DNA from: Octopus sinensis
Lineage: Eukaryota
DNA: 64,000 nt
Assembly: GCF_006345805.1 (NCBI RefSeq)
Contig: NC_043006.1
Location: 40,672,001 to 40,736,000, forward strand
Direction: 5' to 3'
Shown: in pieces, positions 24,831-38,155 of the stretch
Position numbering within the stretch: the first letter of the stretch is position 1
Layout of the letters: each line of letters opens with the position of its first letter
Position numbers and translations under genes: made by a program
Notes under the pieces: model-generated
What the model was told of the DNA's origin: nothing
What the model saw: the letters and a program-made list of their open reading frames with translations, nothing else
Database searches by the model: none

Positions 24831-26891
24831 GCACAGACTGACAGATACATACATACATACACACACACACACATATATATATAAATTCTTTTATTCTTTC
24901 ACTTGTTTCAGTCATTTGACTGCAGCCATGCTGGAGCACCAATTTTAGTCAAACCAATCAACCCCTGGACTTATTCTTTGTAAGCCTAGTACTTATTCTG
25001 TCGGTCTCTTTTGCCGAACCACTAAGTTATGGGGACATAAACATACCAACATCAGTTGTCAAGTGATGGGGGGGAGACAAATACAGACACACAAACATAT
25101 ATATATATACGACAGGCTTCTTTCAGTTTCCATCAACCAGATCCATTCTCAAGGCTATAGTAGAAGACACTTGCCCAAGGTGCTATGCAGTGGGACTGAA
25201 CTCGAAACCATGTGGTTGGGAAGCAAGCTTCTTACCACACAGTCACACCTATATATATATATATATATACGACAGTTTTCTTTCAGTTTTGCCTACCAAA
25301 TCCAATCACAGGGCTTTGGTCGGCCTGAGGCTATAGTAGAAGACACTTGCCCAATGTGCCACACAGTGGGACTGAACCTGGAATAATGTGGTAGGTATGC
25401 AAGTTTCTTACCACACAGCCACTCCTGCACCTTTGTAGGTTTGCAAAAGAAATCTCTGAGAGAACATGTTCCGGAGGCCAGAAACATATTAATCGATGTG
25501 AAATGTGAGAGAATGAAACCTAGCTGATTCTTGCAATAAATACACAGACCCCTAAAATACTACCATTTGTCCCCAATTTACTATTTTCCTTGCTTGGGCC
25601 CCCAAAAGCCTTATATGAACCCCCAGAGGTCATATGGATCCTGGTTGAGAAGCACTGGTTTAGACGTTAACTTCAAAATCTGGCACAAGGTCAGCAATTT
25701 CAGGGGGAAGTGGGGAAGTCAGTTACATCAACCCCAGTGCTCAGACTCTACTTATTTTTTCAACTTCCTTGGTGGAATTTGAACCCTGAATGTATAGATA
25801 GACAAAATTCCTTTAAGCATTTTGCCCAGCAATGATTCTGTTAGCTTATTGCTTTACATTAACAATTTAGATATTAGTTTAAAATTTTCACACAAGGCCA
25901 GCAATTTCAGGGGAGAGGATAAATCAATTACATCGCCCCCCAGTACACAACTGGTATTTATTTTATTGACCCTGAAAAGATGAAAAGCAAAGCTGACCTA
26001 GCCAAAATTTGAACTCAGAGTGAAAAGGTGTATGAAATACCAGTAAGCATTTTGCCCTGTGTGTTAACGATTCTACCAGCTAATTATCTTACATTAATCA
26101 TTTAAATAAATAAATAAATAAATGTATCCTTCTTGAGCCATGTCAGCTCATAAGGACCATTTTCCTGATTTCAGTGGCGTATATATTCCCCACCTGGACG
26201 GGATGCTGATCCATTGCAGGATTATTCATTTTCGCCTGGACTGGAGCAATGTGAAATGAAGTGTCTTGCTCAAGAACACAATGCATCAATGGGTCCAGGA
26301 ATTGAAACCACAATTTTGGATCATGAGTCCAACATCCTAACCACTAAGCCATGCACCTCCACAGCAATGTGAAATGAAGTGTTTTGCTCAAGAATACAAT
26401 GCATTACCCAGTCCAGGAATTGAAACCACAATCTTATAATCATGAGTCCAACACCCCAACCACTAAGCCACTCACCTCCGCTAATCATTTAGATATTGAT
26501 TGTTATTATCACTGCTGATATATTTTAATTAATCAATTAAAAATCTTGAACTTTGTTCACCAAGTATGTCCAATTTACTATTTAGGTTTCATGCAGTAGG
26601 CATTCTTAGATATTAGAAAATTAATATTTTTTAATCTCACAACAAGAGATATTCAGCAACAGTACTTTGTAGTAAAGATTATTTGCCAACATAACATGGC
26701 AGTCCTGGTTTAGGACTAATGTTGCTGTAATTTAGCCCCAGGAGACATCATCTCCAGCTGGCTATATGACACGATCTGTGTCCTTACATTTTCGAACAAG
26801 GGAATCTAGCACCCCAACTCAGTTCAAAACAATATCTGTGCATCGCGATTTCTGGGTTATTTCTCTTCATCAGCACAGAATAATTGTTCAG

Positions 26892-27027
26892 CTAGAGGTG
26901 GCACTGCCAAATTCCTGTTCGAAATATATAGTTTTCAAAGTGACAACTAGTCACTGATTTATAAATCAGAAACTTGCTATTTTCTTTTTTTAAATCTCAA
27001 ACGGGAATTTGGCAGTGCCACCTCTAG
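26892..27027. mobile_element. 136-bp MITE with 24-bp perfect TIRs
   Basis: ctagaggtggcactgccaaattcc / ggaatttggcagtgccacctctag. Confidence 0.75.
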
Positions 27028-27237
27028 TAACTACAAAAAGTTCACAAGTATGGTTGCATAACTAAGAAATTTGAGACTATTGTAAAAGAGACTTGCCCAA
27101 GGTGCTTCGTGCACGATGATACTGAACACCAAATTACATGGTTGCAGAGCAAGTTCCTTAACGACACTTCCATGGAGATATTAGGCATGTTGCTCACAAA
27201 TCTAAAGCTAGGTAAATGTTTAACCCTTTCCTTACTT

Positions 27238-27561
27238 TATTTACATTTGATGGATATTTGTCTTTATCTTGTTTGTTGTTAACACAACGTTTCGGCTGAT
27301 ATACCCACCAGCCTTCATCAGGTGTCTTGGGCATATGGCATAGTGGTTAGGAGCACAGGCTACTAACCCAAAGATTCTGAGTTTGATTCCAAGCAGTGAC
27401 CTAAATAATAATAATAATAATAATAACATCGAAAAATACCTTAGGAATGAGAACCCAGGTTCGAAATTTCCCCAAGACACCTGAGGGTATATCAACAAAC
27501 AAGATGAGGACAAATATCCGTCAAATGTAAATAATTCTTCATCTCTTAAATGTAGAACTGT
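27238..27561. mobile_element. Family A foldback copy
   Basis: Minus-strand hammerhead tail joined to a plus-strand tRNA head, (AAT)n and tail. Confidence 0.7.
27282..27325 (-). ncRNA. Minimal hammerhead motif (family A), best-preserved copy
   Basis: acac-CTGATGA-a-ggctg-gtgggtatat-cagcc-GAA-ACGT-T-gtgt. Confidence 0.65.
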
Positions 27562-28307
27562 GCCTTTTGTTACTGTATTTCTGTTAAGATGCCCAGTGTT
27601 TTGTGACTAAGGTTTGGTGGAAGATTTTAATTCAAAACTTATGAAAACAAGACATTTGTACCACAGAGTCAGAGCTGGTTTCAGCTGGGTTGGTACCAAA
27701 AGGGTTAAGAATTGTTTCTCTATTATATATTTTAACCCTTTTGTTACCATATTTCTGTTGAGATGCTCTGTGTTTCTTTCAATTAATTTTAAATATAACA
27801 AAGAATTTAGTAAAATAATTTAGTCATCATTAAGCTAGCATTAGGAACATAAATTGAGACTAAGGTTTGGTGGAAGATTTTAATTCAAAACTTATGAAAA
27901 TCAGACATTTGTACTCAGAGATAGAGCCAGTTTCAGTTGGATTGGTAACAAAAGGGTTAATGGAATAGCAAATGACAGTGTTGATTGTACTCACTGTGCA
28001 AAATTAGTCTCTACTAGGATTAAAATAATCTTCTTTTTCCAGTAGTCATCAGATCCTGTCAAAGACCACAAAGACCAAGAGAAATTCCTCTCTAAATATA
28101 ATGATTAATAGTACGTTTAAAAATAATGACAAATGTTACTTATGTGGACAATGACTTACATAGCACTTAAGTGCTTGAGATGTAAGAGAACCGAGATGGT
28201 GTAATTGTCATTATCATCATCATCATTGCAGCCTCAGCCGCCATCCCACCACCATCGCCGCCGCGGGTGGAAAAAAAGAGTACTCAAAATACCAGAGGTA
28301 GAGTAAT

Positions 28308-28464
28308 ATGCTTTGTTTAAAAGCAGCAGAAATATAACAAAAGCTGTTACTCAGAGTTTCACGTTCTCGTTTGTTGGTCAGTTTTGTTAACAAAACTGTC
28401 CGACGAATGGGAACGTGAAACTCTGAGTAACAGCTTTTATTATATTTCTGCTGCTTTTAAATAA

Positions 28465-28469
<5 letters not shown>
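28308..28469. repeat. ~160-bp foldback of hammerhead-bearing units (family E)
   Basis: Near-perfect palindrome centred on TTAA at 28387-28390. Confidence 0.75.
28396..28433 (+). ncRNA. Minimal hammerhead motif (family E), U4C-mutated, in a foldback
   Basis: ctgt-CCGACGA-atg-ggaa-cgt-GAA-ACTCtGAGT-A-acag. Confidence 0.55.
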
Positions 28470-28498
<29 letters not shown>

Positions 28499-29552
28499 CA
28501 TCGTATCAGGACAATTCCCCTGATGACAACTACCCGTTTGGTTAATAACCCCTCCCACGTTCAATATACTAAGAAGTTTTAAATCATCATCTGTTGTTCT
28601 CAGGGGTTATTGTCCTTGGGTGGGGGTTTTTATTCATGGAGAGGCGGGTAAATGTCCTAGACTCATATACACACACACACACACACATAGATGACTTTGT
28701 GGATGCAAATTTTCTATGGCTAGATGCACCCGCAGTTGCCAATCTTCACTTGTTTCCAAACAAGGCGATTTTTTTTACCCCCCGGCTCAATATGTTTTTA
28801 TGGAAGCTCAGATTTGGAAGTCACCCTTGTACAACAGTGGCACTCATTTACTACTATCATGGGAAATCAAGACAAAGAAATATCCACTCACACACACATA
28901 CACATTCATCATCATCATTTAACGTCTGCTTTCCATGCTAACATGGGTTGGATAATTTGACTGAGGACTGGCGAACCAGATGGCTGCACCAGGCTCCAAT
29001 CTTGATCTGGCAGAGTTTCTACAGCTGGATGCCCTTCCTAACGCCAACCACTCCGAGAGTGTAGTGGGTGCTTTTACATGCCACCGGCATGAGGGCCTGT
29101 CAGACGGTACTGGCAACGGCCATGCTCAAATGGTGTTTTTTTATGTGCCACCTGCACAGGAGCCAGTCCAATGGCACTGGCAACGACCTCGCTCGAATGT
29201 TTTTTCACATGCCAGTAAGGTGATGCTGGTAACGATCATGCTCGAATGGTGCATTTAACGTGCCACCGGCATGGAAGCCACTTGGCCACTGCATATCTCT
29301 CACTGAGAGATATAAAAGTGGTTGTTTTTCTCTAATTTAAATAGTTTAACTCAAAATAAACTTTGATTGATTATCCAAGATGGTTTTATTCTAAATCACT
29401 CCATTGCTCTCTTGTTTAAACATTTAGGCAAAAGAAACTGATGGTAACAAACCTATAGTTATTCTCTATATCAATATAACAAAAGCATTCAATTCTATTG
29501 GTTATAATCAATGTCGTCAGCATAAATTTGTATCCAAGTAGTAAGTCTATTC

Positions 29553-29929
29553 TCTTTTACTTGTTTCAGTCATTTGACTGTGGCCATGCTGGAGCACCGC
29601 CTTTAGTCGAGCAAATCGACCCCTGGACTTATTCTTTGTAAACCTGGTACTTATTCTATTGGTCTCTTTTTGCCAAATTGCTAAGTTACGGGGGACGTAA
29701 ACACACCAGCATCGGTTGTCAAGCGATGTTGGGGGAACAAACACAGACATATATATATATATATACGACAGGCTTCTTTCAGTTTCCGTCTACCAAATCC
29801 TCTCACAATGCTTTGGTCAGCCCGAGGCTATAGTAGAAAAAAATTGTCCAAGGTGCCACGCAGTGGGACTGAGCTCAGAACCATGTGGTTGGTAAGCAAG
29901 GTACATACCACACAGCCACTCCTGCGCCT
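29553..29929 (-). mobile_element. Dominant SINE copy
   Basis: Full-length reverse match. Confidence 0.85.
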
Positions 29930-30924
29930 ATTGTGAGCAACTGAGCCAGTTCATCCTGATGACTGCAAAAGGTGTCAGTGCCTGATGTGGCAGTTCAGGC
30001 CAAAGGTAGTATGAGCCAGGGGGATTTATCACCGTAAAAAATTGGTAGGGGACAACGAATTGCAAGTTTCTCTTTGCGTCTTTGATGCCTGTTCCCTCAT
30101 TGATGACAAGCCACCACTTTAGGTGGTGCTTGGCAAATATCCCTCAGGTATTTGAGTCAATACAGCTGTAGAGGAAAGTGGCCTTGAGCTGGTCTCGGTT
30201 TTATTAGTTATAATAAGTTTAAACAAAAAAATATCAGTCTTATGATTTTGTCATGATAATGATATAACAGGGCAAAGATTAGTTATCTCAGAGAATTTAG
30301 TTTGTTTATATAGAAGATAATCCTCACTTGCATATTTATATCAATGATTACAACATCAGTTATTAAATCAAGCTCATTAAGATTACATATAGATAATGCT
30401 ATATTAAATTTCAGGCCCTTGACATACAATATGTGAAAAAAACAAAAAATGAATTTGAAAATGTCAATGAGCAAACATTGCTGTGTAGTTATGAAGTTTG
30501 CTTCCCAACCACATGGTTTTGTGCCATTGTGTGGCACCCCGGGCAAATATCCCCCACCATAGCTCTAGGCTGACCAAAGCCTCGTGAATGGATTTGGTCA
30601 ACAGAAACTGTAAGAAGCCCATTGTGTGTGTGTGTGTGTGTGTGATTCAAGGACAACCTTGGCTGGCTGCTAGGCATGTTCCCACTGCTTTTATGGATTG
30701 TTCTATTGTTTTGAAATTCTATGTATGATCTGAAGAAAACGTTTTTTTTGCAATGGTGTAATGTACTCATTCATCTGTTAAAAATGCGTTAGAAACAGCT
30801 GTAATGAACCGATATTTATATATATATATATATGTATGTGTGTATATATATATATGTATTACAACAAAATTTTATATAGAGTTACCCAAGGTTTCACACC
30901 ATTAAATTATTAACTATATAACTG

Positions 30925-31540
30925 GGACGAGGTGGTGAAGCACGACCTTCGAACTTTAGGTCTCACCAAGGAAATGACTAGAGACCGAGACCTATGGAAG
31001 TATGCTGTGCGTGAGAAGACCCGGCAAGACTAGTGAGACCATAATCCGTGGCCTCTACCTGGTATGTAGCCAGTCGACTTATACATACCTTTCCTTCTTG
31101 GGACACAAAACTCCACTTGTGAAGACCCGTTGAGGCAAGTGAAAATCAAACCAAATCAAATCAGAAATCAGAACCAAAATGGAAGTCAATCAACATAAAT
31201 GGAAATTGCAGCTGTGATACCAGTGCCGGTGACAAGTAAGCGAACCATCCGATCGTGGCCGTTGCCAGCGCCGCCCCGACTGGCCTCCATGCTGGTGGCG
31301 CGTAAAAAGCAGCATCCGTTCGTGGCCGTTGCCAGCTTCGCCTGGTCCCTGTGCCGGTGGCACGTAAAAAGCACCCACTGCATTCACAGAGTGGTTAGCG
31401 TTAGGAAGGGCATCCAGCCGTAGAAACACTGCCAGATCAGACTGGGCCTGATGCAGCCTTCTGGCTTCACAGACCCCAGTTGAACCGTCCAACTAATGCT
31501 AGCATGGAAAGCGGACGCTAAATGATGATGATGATGATGA
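30925..31540 (+). mobile_element. RTE LINE 3' end
   Basis: WDEVVKHDLR...RDLWKYAV remnant plus the family 3' UTR and (GAT)n. Confidence 0.7.
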
Positions 31541-32192
31541 TATATATGTATACACACACACACATGTATATAGATGCATTAAGTGTAGAATCAACAAAAA
31601 TAGTGCTCCATTCAGTGAGAGATAAATAAAAGTCTTAGTAACTCTATTGTAATTATGTGTGTGTGTCTCTCTCTCCTTGTCTTGACATCACATGATAGTT
31701 GTAAATGAGTGTCACTGTTATACAAGCAGTGACATCATTTCCAGTCTTCTGGAAGAACATGTTTGGCCATGGAGAAATTTTAGCTTGTTTGGAAACTGGT
31801 GAAGGTTTGTGACAGAAAGGGCATCCATCTGTACAAAGTTTGCCTCAATAAACTCCATTTCACCTATGGCAGTATAGAAAAATGGATGTTGAAATGATGA
31901 TGGGCAGGTTCAGTACAACCTAAGACTGTCCTGTTCAATTTAAGGTAAGGTAATACTCAAATGTAATATAAGAACTTGATTCTAATCACATTCCCTAGGT
32001 TTCTACAATTACTAATCTAAGCATTCAATATTTATTGTCAAGCAGTTTCTAAAAAAGTTTAAGCCTACAGCTGTAACAATTTTTAAGAACCAGAGAGATT
32101 TATGGACACATTCCACCTATCCCTGCTATTGTTGCTCAAAACAGGGTAAGCCTTCATGGCCACTGCTACCATGATGAATGACAAGCCATAAA

Positions 32193-32485
32193 GTTTAAGA
32201 GATGAGGAATTATGTACATTATTTACATTTGACGGATATTTGTCCTCATCTTGTTAACACAACATTTCAGCTGATATACCCTCCAGCCTTCTTCAGGTGT
32301 CTTGGGGAAGTTTCGAACCTGAGTTCTCATTTAATAATAACAACAACATCGAAAAATACCTTAGGAATGAGAACCCAAGTTTAAAATTTCCCCAAGACAC
32401 CTGATGAAGGCTGGAGGGTATATCAGCTGAAACATTGTGTTTACAGCAAACAAGATGAGGACAAATATCCATCAAATGTAAATAA
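32193..32485. mobile_element. Family A foldback copy lacking the tRNA heads
   Basis: Inverted tails, with degenerate hammerheads in both arms. Confidence 0.7.
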
Positions 32486-34689
32486 AGCCATAAAGTTGTT
32501 TATTCTGGAGACTTCCACAGCCTAAAGCAGGATGAGGATCACTCAGTTAATCCTGTTGTCAGAGACACCATGTCAATTATATCCAAGAAATTTCTACTCT
32601 CATAGAAAGAATGTTAGTGGTAGAGATGCCATATAAATTATTATATCATGGAGACTACCACTCTGAATAAAAAAAAAAAAAAAAAAAAAGGAATGGAGGG
32701 AAATGAAGAATAGTTGACCCTTTAAAATTCAGATTATTCTATTAAATGCAGTTCTTATCTAAACATTTTGTTTTGATTTAATTATAGAATATTTTGCTGC
32801 TTTGAGATTTTGATGATGTATTTTAAAAAAATTTTTAGAATGACTTAGGGGTAGTGTAAATGGCCAGATCTAGCCTGTTTGAACATAAAACAGGTTGGAT
32901 ATTTCGGCAGGACGTGACCAATTTAAATGTTAAAAGATAACTGATACTAGAGGCAGAGATGCACAACATGAGATTGAGGACATTCCAAAGAGACAGGAAT
33001 TTCTGATGTGGCATTATGAAGCATCTCAGTTAGTCATTTGTGAAGAAGAATGTTTACCTTTGTGTTCTTGGACAAAGGCAAAAAGTATCTTATTTTCTAT
33101 AAACAAAACTTATGACAGACTTAAGTAGGAATATGTAATATACATATACATATAAAATTAAGGAGAGGAGAAAACAAATTCAAGGGCCAATGTATATATT
33201 CATTCAATCCATATTAACGAAATTCTCCATGGTATACAAGGTACCCCTGATGCATTGTGCGATATGATATGCTTGAGAAGATGTCGAGTCAAGTAAAACC
33301 AATATCGTAGCTGTGGCCAGTGCCTCCTGTGCTGGTGGCAAGTAAAAAGCACCATCCAAATGCAGTCGATATCAGGCCCACCTGATTGGCTCCTGTGCTG
33401 GTGGCACATAAAAAGCACCATCCAAATGTGGTCAATGCCAAGTCCACCTGACTGGCTACAGTGATGGTGGCACATAAAAAGCACCATCCAAATGCAGTCA
33501 ATGCCAGGTCCGCCTGACTGGCTCCTGTGCCAGTGGCATGTAAAAAGCACTATCCAAACATGGCCGATGCTAGTACCCCCTGACTGGCTCTTGTGCTAGT
33601 GGCACATAAAAAGCACGATTCAAATGTGATTGATGCCAGGCTTGCCTGACTGGCTCCTGTACCAGTGGCATGTAAAAAGTACTCACTACACTCTCGGAGT
33701 GGTTGGCATTAGGAAGGGCATCCAGCTGTAGAAACATTGCCAGATCAGATTGGAGTCTGGTGCAGCCTACTGGCTTGACAGTCCCGAGTAAAAACCATCC
33801 AAGCCATGCCAGCATGGAAAATACATTAAACAACGATCATGATGATGATGATGATGAACAGACATTTGAAACCCAATTTATATTCAAATCATGAATACAA
33901 CATGCTTACTCACTTGAAAACAGGATGCCAAACCTCTTAGATCCAGAATATCAGGCTGAACTCAATTGCAATTTCTTGAGTAGAGAGGAATGAAAGATAA
34001 GAAACTTGATCTTTCTGTACAAAATATTGAACAAGATAATTTTTTTCCACTTCCCTTTTCTAACTTTTTTCTGTCCTCATGCACAAACCACTCCTTTTTA
34101 TCTCTTTCAACCAAGATCATCATCATCATCATCGTCATAATTTAATGCCCACTTTTTGATGTTTGCGTGGGTCAGACAGAATATGTTGAAGCTGAATTTC
34201 TATCGTCAGATGCTCTCCTTGCCCCAACACTCATCTGTTCCCAAACAAGATAATATTTAAAGTGATAGTATGTTGTCAATGTGAAAGTCCCATGAAAGGG
34301 AAGAATGCTACTGCTATTTAGCCCTAGGAAACACCGTTTGCTGTTGGACACGACACATTTCCTGTGTCCTTATGTCTTCAAAGTGTAGACAAGCACCTCC
34401 ACTTAGCAAAGCTAGCATCCAGAGACTAATTTCAGAGTCATTGGTCATCATCAGTCTACTCTAGACTGATGATGAGCAAACATCACAGGAAAGCAAGCAA
34501 CCAATCTGTTTATATACACATCGAAACCAGTAGTTTTAGAGAAATGGAACTACTTATGGGACTTTGTTGCAAGCACTCATACCTGGTTCCTTTCCTGTGT
34601 TTTTCTAACAAAATATCAACCTGCTGATGTTCAGGGTGTGTACTGAATGCATTAATCTCACTAGTTTGTGCAAAAGTGAGGAGTGAAGT

Positions 34690-35765
34690 CAGTAGTGGTT
34701 GAACTAGTGGAAACTTATGCATAGGTGGCCCTGTTCAATTTGTAGGAAAGGCGTAAGCAGGAGTGCCAAATGGTGTACCGAGTGTAAGCTATGGACACAC
34801 AAGGGGTGTAATGGATTAATAGGAAAGGTATCAGAGAAGATGGTTTTCCCAAGTGGAAGATGCACAAAGACCCCTTAAAACTTTAGAGACTTGGGAAATT
34901 GATTCTCTCAAATGTCCTGGTGGATCATAAGAGGTAGTAGATAATTTCTGCTACCTAAAAGCACTATCCAAACATGGCCAATGCCGGTACCCACTGACTG
35001 GCTCTCATACTGGAGGAAATTCAGAGTTGCTACGTATGTTGGCCATGAAAGGTTTCTCTCACCAAGTGAAAGGAATTATGCATGTATAAGGACAGCAATT
35101 CTACATGGTGATGAGACATGGGCCCCGGGTGCAGAGGACATGCAAAAGTTAGTAAGGAATGAGGCTAGTATGCTCTGCTGGATGTGTAATGTAAGTGTTC
35201 ATGTTTGACAGAGTGCCAGTATTTTTAGAGAGAGAGAGAGAGAGAGAGGAGTTAGGCATAAGAGGATTAAGTTGCTGTGTGCAAGAGAGAAGACTGCACT
35301 GGTTCGGTCAAGTGATGCAGATGGCTGCCAACAGCTCCATAAAGAAGTGCTGATCTCTCAAGGTACATGGAATATATGGGATGAAGTACTGAAGAATGAC
35401 CTCAGGACGCTGAACTTTTCAGGTGAGCTGACAAAGGACCGAGATGTCTGGTGCCTTGCCATACTCAAAAAACCCATACTCCACAGCAGAAGTGTTAAAA
35501 CCAGTCCCTCTGGTGGTGTAAAGCACTTGTGGCAGCACCACATAAAAGTGCCCGAGCAGTGCCATGAAAAAGCACCCACGCGGTGTTGTGTAAAAGCACC
35601 CAGTACACTCTGTAAAGTAGCTAGTGTTATGAAGAGCATCCAGCTGTAGAAACCATGCCAAATCAGACTGGATTCTGGTGCAACTACCCAGCTCTGGTCA
35701 AACCGTCCAACCCATGCCAGCACGGACAACGGATGTTAAATGATGATGAAAACGACGATGATGCA
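34690..35765 (+). mobile_element. Decayed RTE LINE
   Basis: WPCSICRKG..., YACIRTAILHGDETW..., WDEVLKNDLR; 3' UTR. Confidence 0.7.
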
Positions 35766-36492
35766 TCACGTAAGTACAAATATGTATTTCGTATCAAAAC
35801 TTCTGTAGCATAACCCCACCTGGATTTTAACCCGAGACAGGCCCCCGTGCCGGTGGCACGTAAAAGCACCATCCGTTCGTGGCCGTTGCCAGCCTCGCCT
35901 GGCCCCCATGACGGTGGCATGTAAAAAGCACCATCCGTTCGTGGCCGTTGCCAGCCTCGCTTGGCCCCTGTGCCGGTGGCACATATAAGCACCATCCGTT
36001 CGTGGCCGTTTGCCAGCTCCGTCTGGCACGTAAAACCACCCACTACACTCACAGAGTGGTTGGCGTTAGGAAGGGCATCCAGCCATAGAAACACTGCCAG
36101 ATCAGACTGGGCCTGATGCAGCCTTCTGGCTTCACAAACCCCAGTTGAACCGTCCAACCCATGCTAGCATGGAAAACGGACGCTAAATGATGATGATGAT
36201 GATGATGACAGGATATTAAATATTAAGTCAAGTGCTCTATTATCATTTCATGAGGGGTGGGATGTCGAAAAGTTCCTGGCTTTGAGGGTATTGCGAATGG
36301 CCTGGTTGGAGGCTCAACATTCCGAGTTCTTTTACAGGGCTTAGAAAAACTGAAGGGCCGCTGCAATAAATGGTTAGGAGAAATTGTGTGAATCTGATCC
36401 TCCCGCAGTTTCTTTTAGCCAATGCCAAGAACTTTCCAGCACCTCTTCGTAGCAATAACAGCAACAAAAACAACAACAGAGCAATGAAGTTG

Positions 36493-36498
36493 TTTATT
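36493..36498 (-). terminator. Candidate DHFR polyadenylation signal AATAAA
   Basis: AATAAA on the minus strand ~50 nt after the DHFR stop codon. Confidence 0.5.
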
Positions 36499-36547
36499 GG
36501 TAATGATAAATATAAATCTCAATATTGTTAATTTAGTGGAAGAAAGG

Positions 36548-36623
36548 TTAGCATCTTTCATACACATGGTAGGTCCATTTAATACCATTTTCCTCTTGTT
36601 CTTCACTTGGAACATCTTCAACA
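36548..36623 (-). CDS. DHFR: Dihydrofolate reductase exon 6 (terminal coding exon)
   Basis: 76 nt, encoding VEDVPSEEQEENGIKWTYHVYERC*; resembles human VQEEKGIKYKFEVYEKND. Confidence 0.93.
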
Positions 36624-36884
36624 CTAGAAGCATAAACAACAAATAGTTATTTTTTTAGGATTTAAAAACAAAATAATTGACATTAGTAGAGTTTTATAAA
36701 CTTTTGAGAGAACATGAAATAATTCAGTTTTGGACCAGTGGATCTGGAGGCTATGAGCCTTGACGTCCACTTTTCCAAAAGGGAGTTAATTAAAAAAGGA
36801 AAAAAAATTTTTTTATTTGTAACACGGTTGCTTAATGAGTGAAATATAATGAAATCGGGTTACATAAAGGATGAAGAGGATTCA

Positions 36885-37262
36885 CTTTTACTTGTTTCAG
36901 TCATGTGACATGGCCATGCTGGAGCACCGCCTTTAGTTGAGCAAATCGACCCCAGGACTTATCCTTTGTAAGCCTGGTACTTATTCTATCGGTCTCGTTT
37001 GCCGAACCACTAAGTTAAGGGGACGTAAACACACCAGCATCGGTTGTCAAGCGATGTTGGGGGGGGGGGGGACAAACACAGACATACAAACACATACATA
37101 TATACGACAGGCTTCTTTCAGTTTCCGCCTGCCAAATCCACTCACAAGGCTTTGGTTGGCCCGAGACTATAACAGAAGACACTTGCCCAAAGTATCATGC
37201 AGTGGGACTGAACCCAGAACCATGTGGTTGTAAGCGAGCTACTTACCACACAGCCACTCCTA
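36885..37262 (-). mobile_element. Dominant SINE copy (DHFR intron 5)
   Basis: Full-length reverse match. Confidence 0.85.
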
Positions 37263-37689
37263 GGATTACACAAAAAAAAACAAAAAAAAAAGATGTGAGG
37301 AGGGAATGATTGAAATAACTCATGGAACTCCTGTTCTAGATGACAGATTAGGGTTCAGCAATTTCTTATCAAATGACCTGTGCACACAATTCGTTAATAG
37401 TGGTGAAATGATTGTGTTCTACATTTGCTCACTTGGTGCATGGTGTGCCACATGCCAGATGTTGAAGTGATCAGAGAATAAAATGAGATGAAGTGCTTTG
37501 CTCAAGGACACTCTAACCAACAGCCCACACCCTCAAAAACTATACATGCTATACAAATAAATAATAACGCAGATTTTTTTCTGATACAGGAGGTGCCCCT
37601 CTAATGAGAGCAAATAGGGAGATCCTCATGATCTACGATCACCTTCACCACCAGGACCAAGAGATCTGTTCCAACTGTTGCTTCCCTTA

Positions 37690-38155
37690 TTTACATTTGA
37701 CGGATATTTGTCCTCATCTTGTTTGTTGTTAACACAACGTTTCGGCTGATATACCCTCCAGCCTTCATCAAATGCCTCAGGGGAAATTTTTCGAACCTGG
37801 GTTCTCATTCCTAAGGTATGTGGTTAAGAGTGCAGGTTACTAACCCCAAGATTCCGAGTTCAATTCCAAGTAGTGACCTGAATGATGATGATAATGATGA
37901 TGATAATAATAATAACAATAACAACAACAACAATAATAATGATAATAACAACAACAACAACAACAATAATACTAACGCTAACATTGAAAAATACCTTAGG
38001 AATGAGAACCCAGGTTCGAAATTTCCCCAAGACACTTGATGAAGGCTGGAGGGTATATCAGCTGAAACGTTGTGTTAACAACAAACAAGATGAGGACAAA
38101 TATCCATCAAATGTAAATGATGTACATAATTCCTCAATTCTTAAATATAGAACTG
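37690..38155. mobile_element. Family A foldback copy in DHFR intron 5
   Basis: Same arms; internal (GAT/AAT/AAC)n tract. Confidence 0.7.

Noticed and set aside
28020-28056. CTGATGA followed by a stem (ctactgg/ctagtag) on the minus strand
   Set aside because: No GAAA after stem II, so it is not a hammerhead.
30327-30416. Minus-strand pseudo-exon GLKFNIALSICNLNELDLITDVVIIDINMQ with AG/GT ends (similar candidates at ~27995-28056 and ~33058-33096)
   Set aside because: No recognisable homology, and I could not join them into a consistent stop-free gene model.
32553-33125. Plus-strand open frames (RHHVNY...MPYKLL; ...DIPKRQEFLMW...SILFS) split by a MITE
   Set aside because: Only a faint resemblance to DD37D/DD41D mariner transposases; too weak to call.
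33912-34018. Minus-strand segment with an in-frame TGA after Cys-Asn (possible selenocysteine exon)
   Set aside because: No match to a known selenoprotein motif, no SECIS seen, and no supporting exons.
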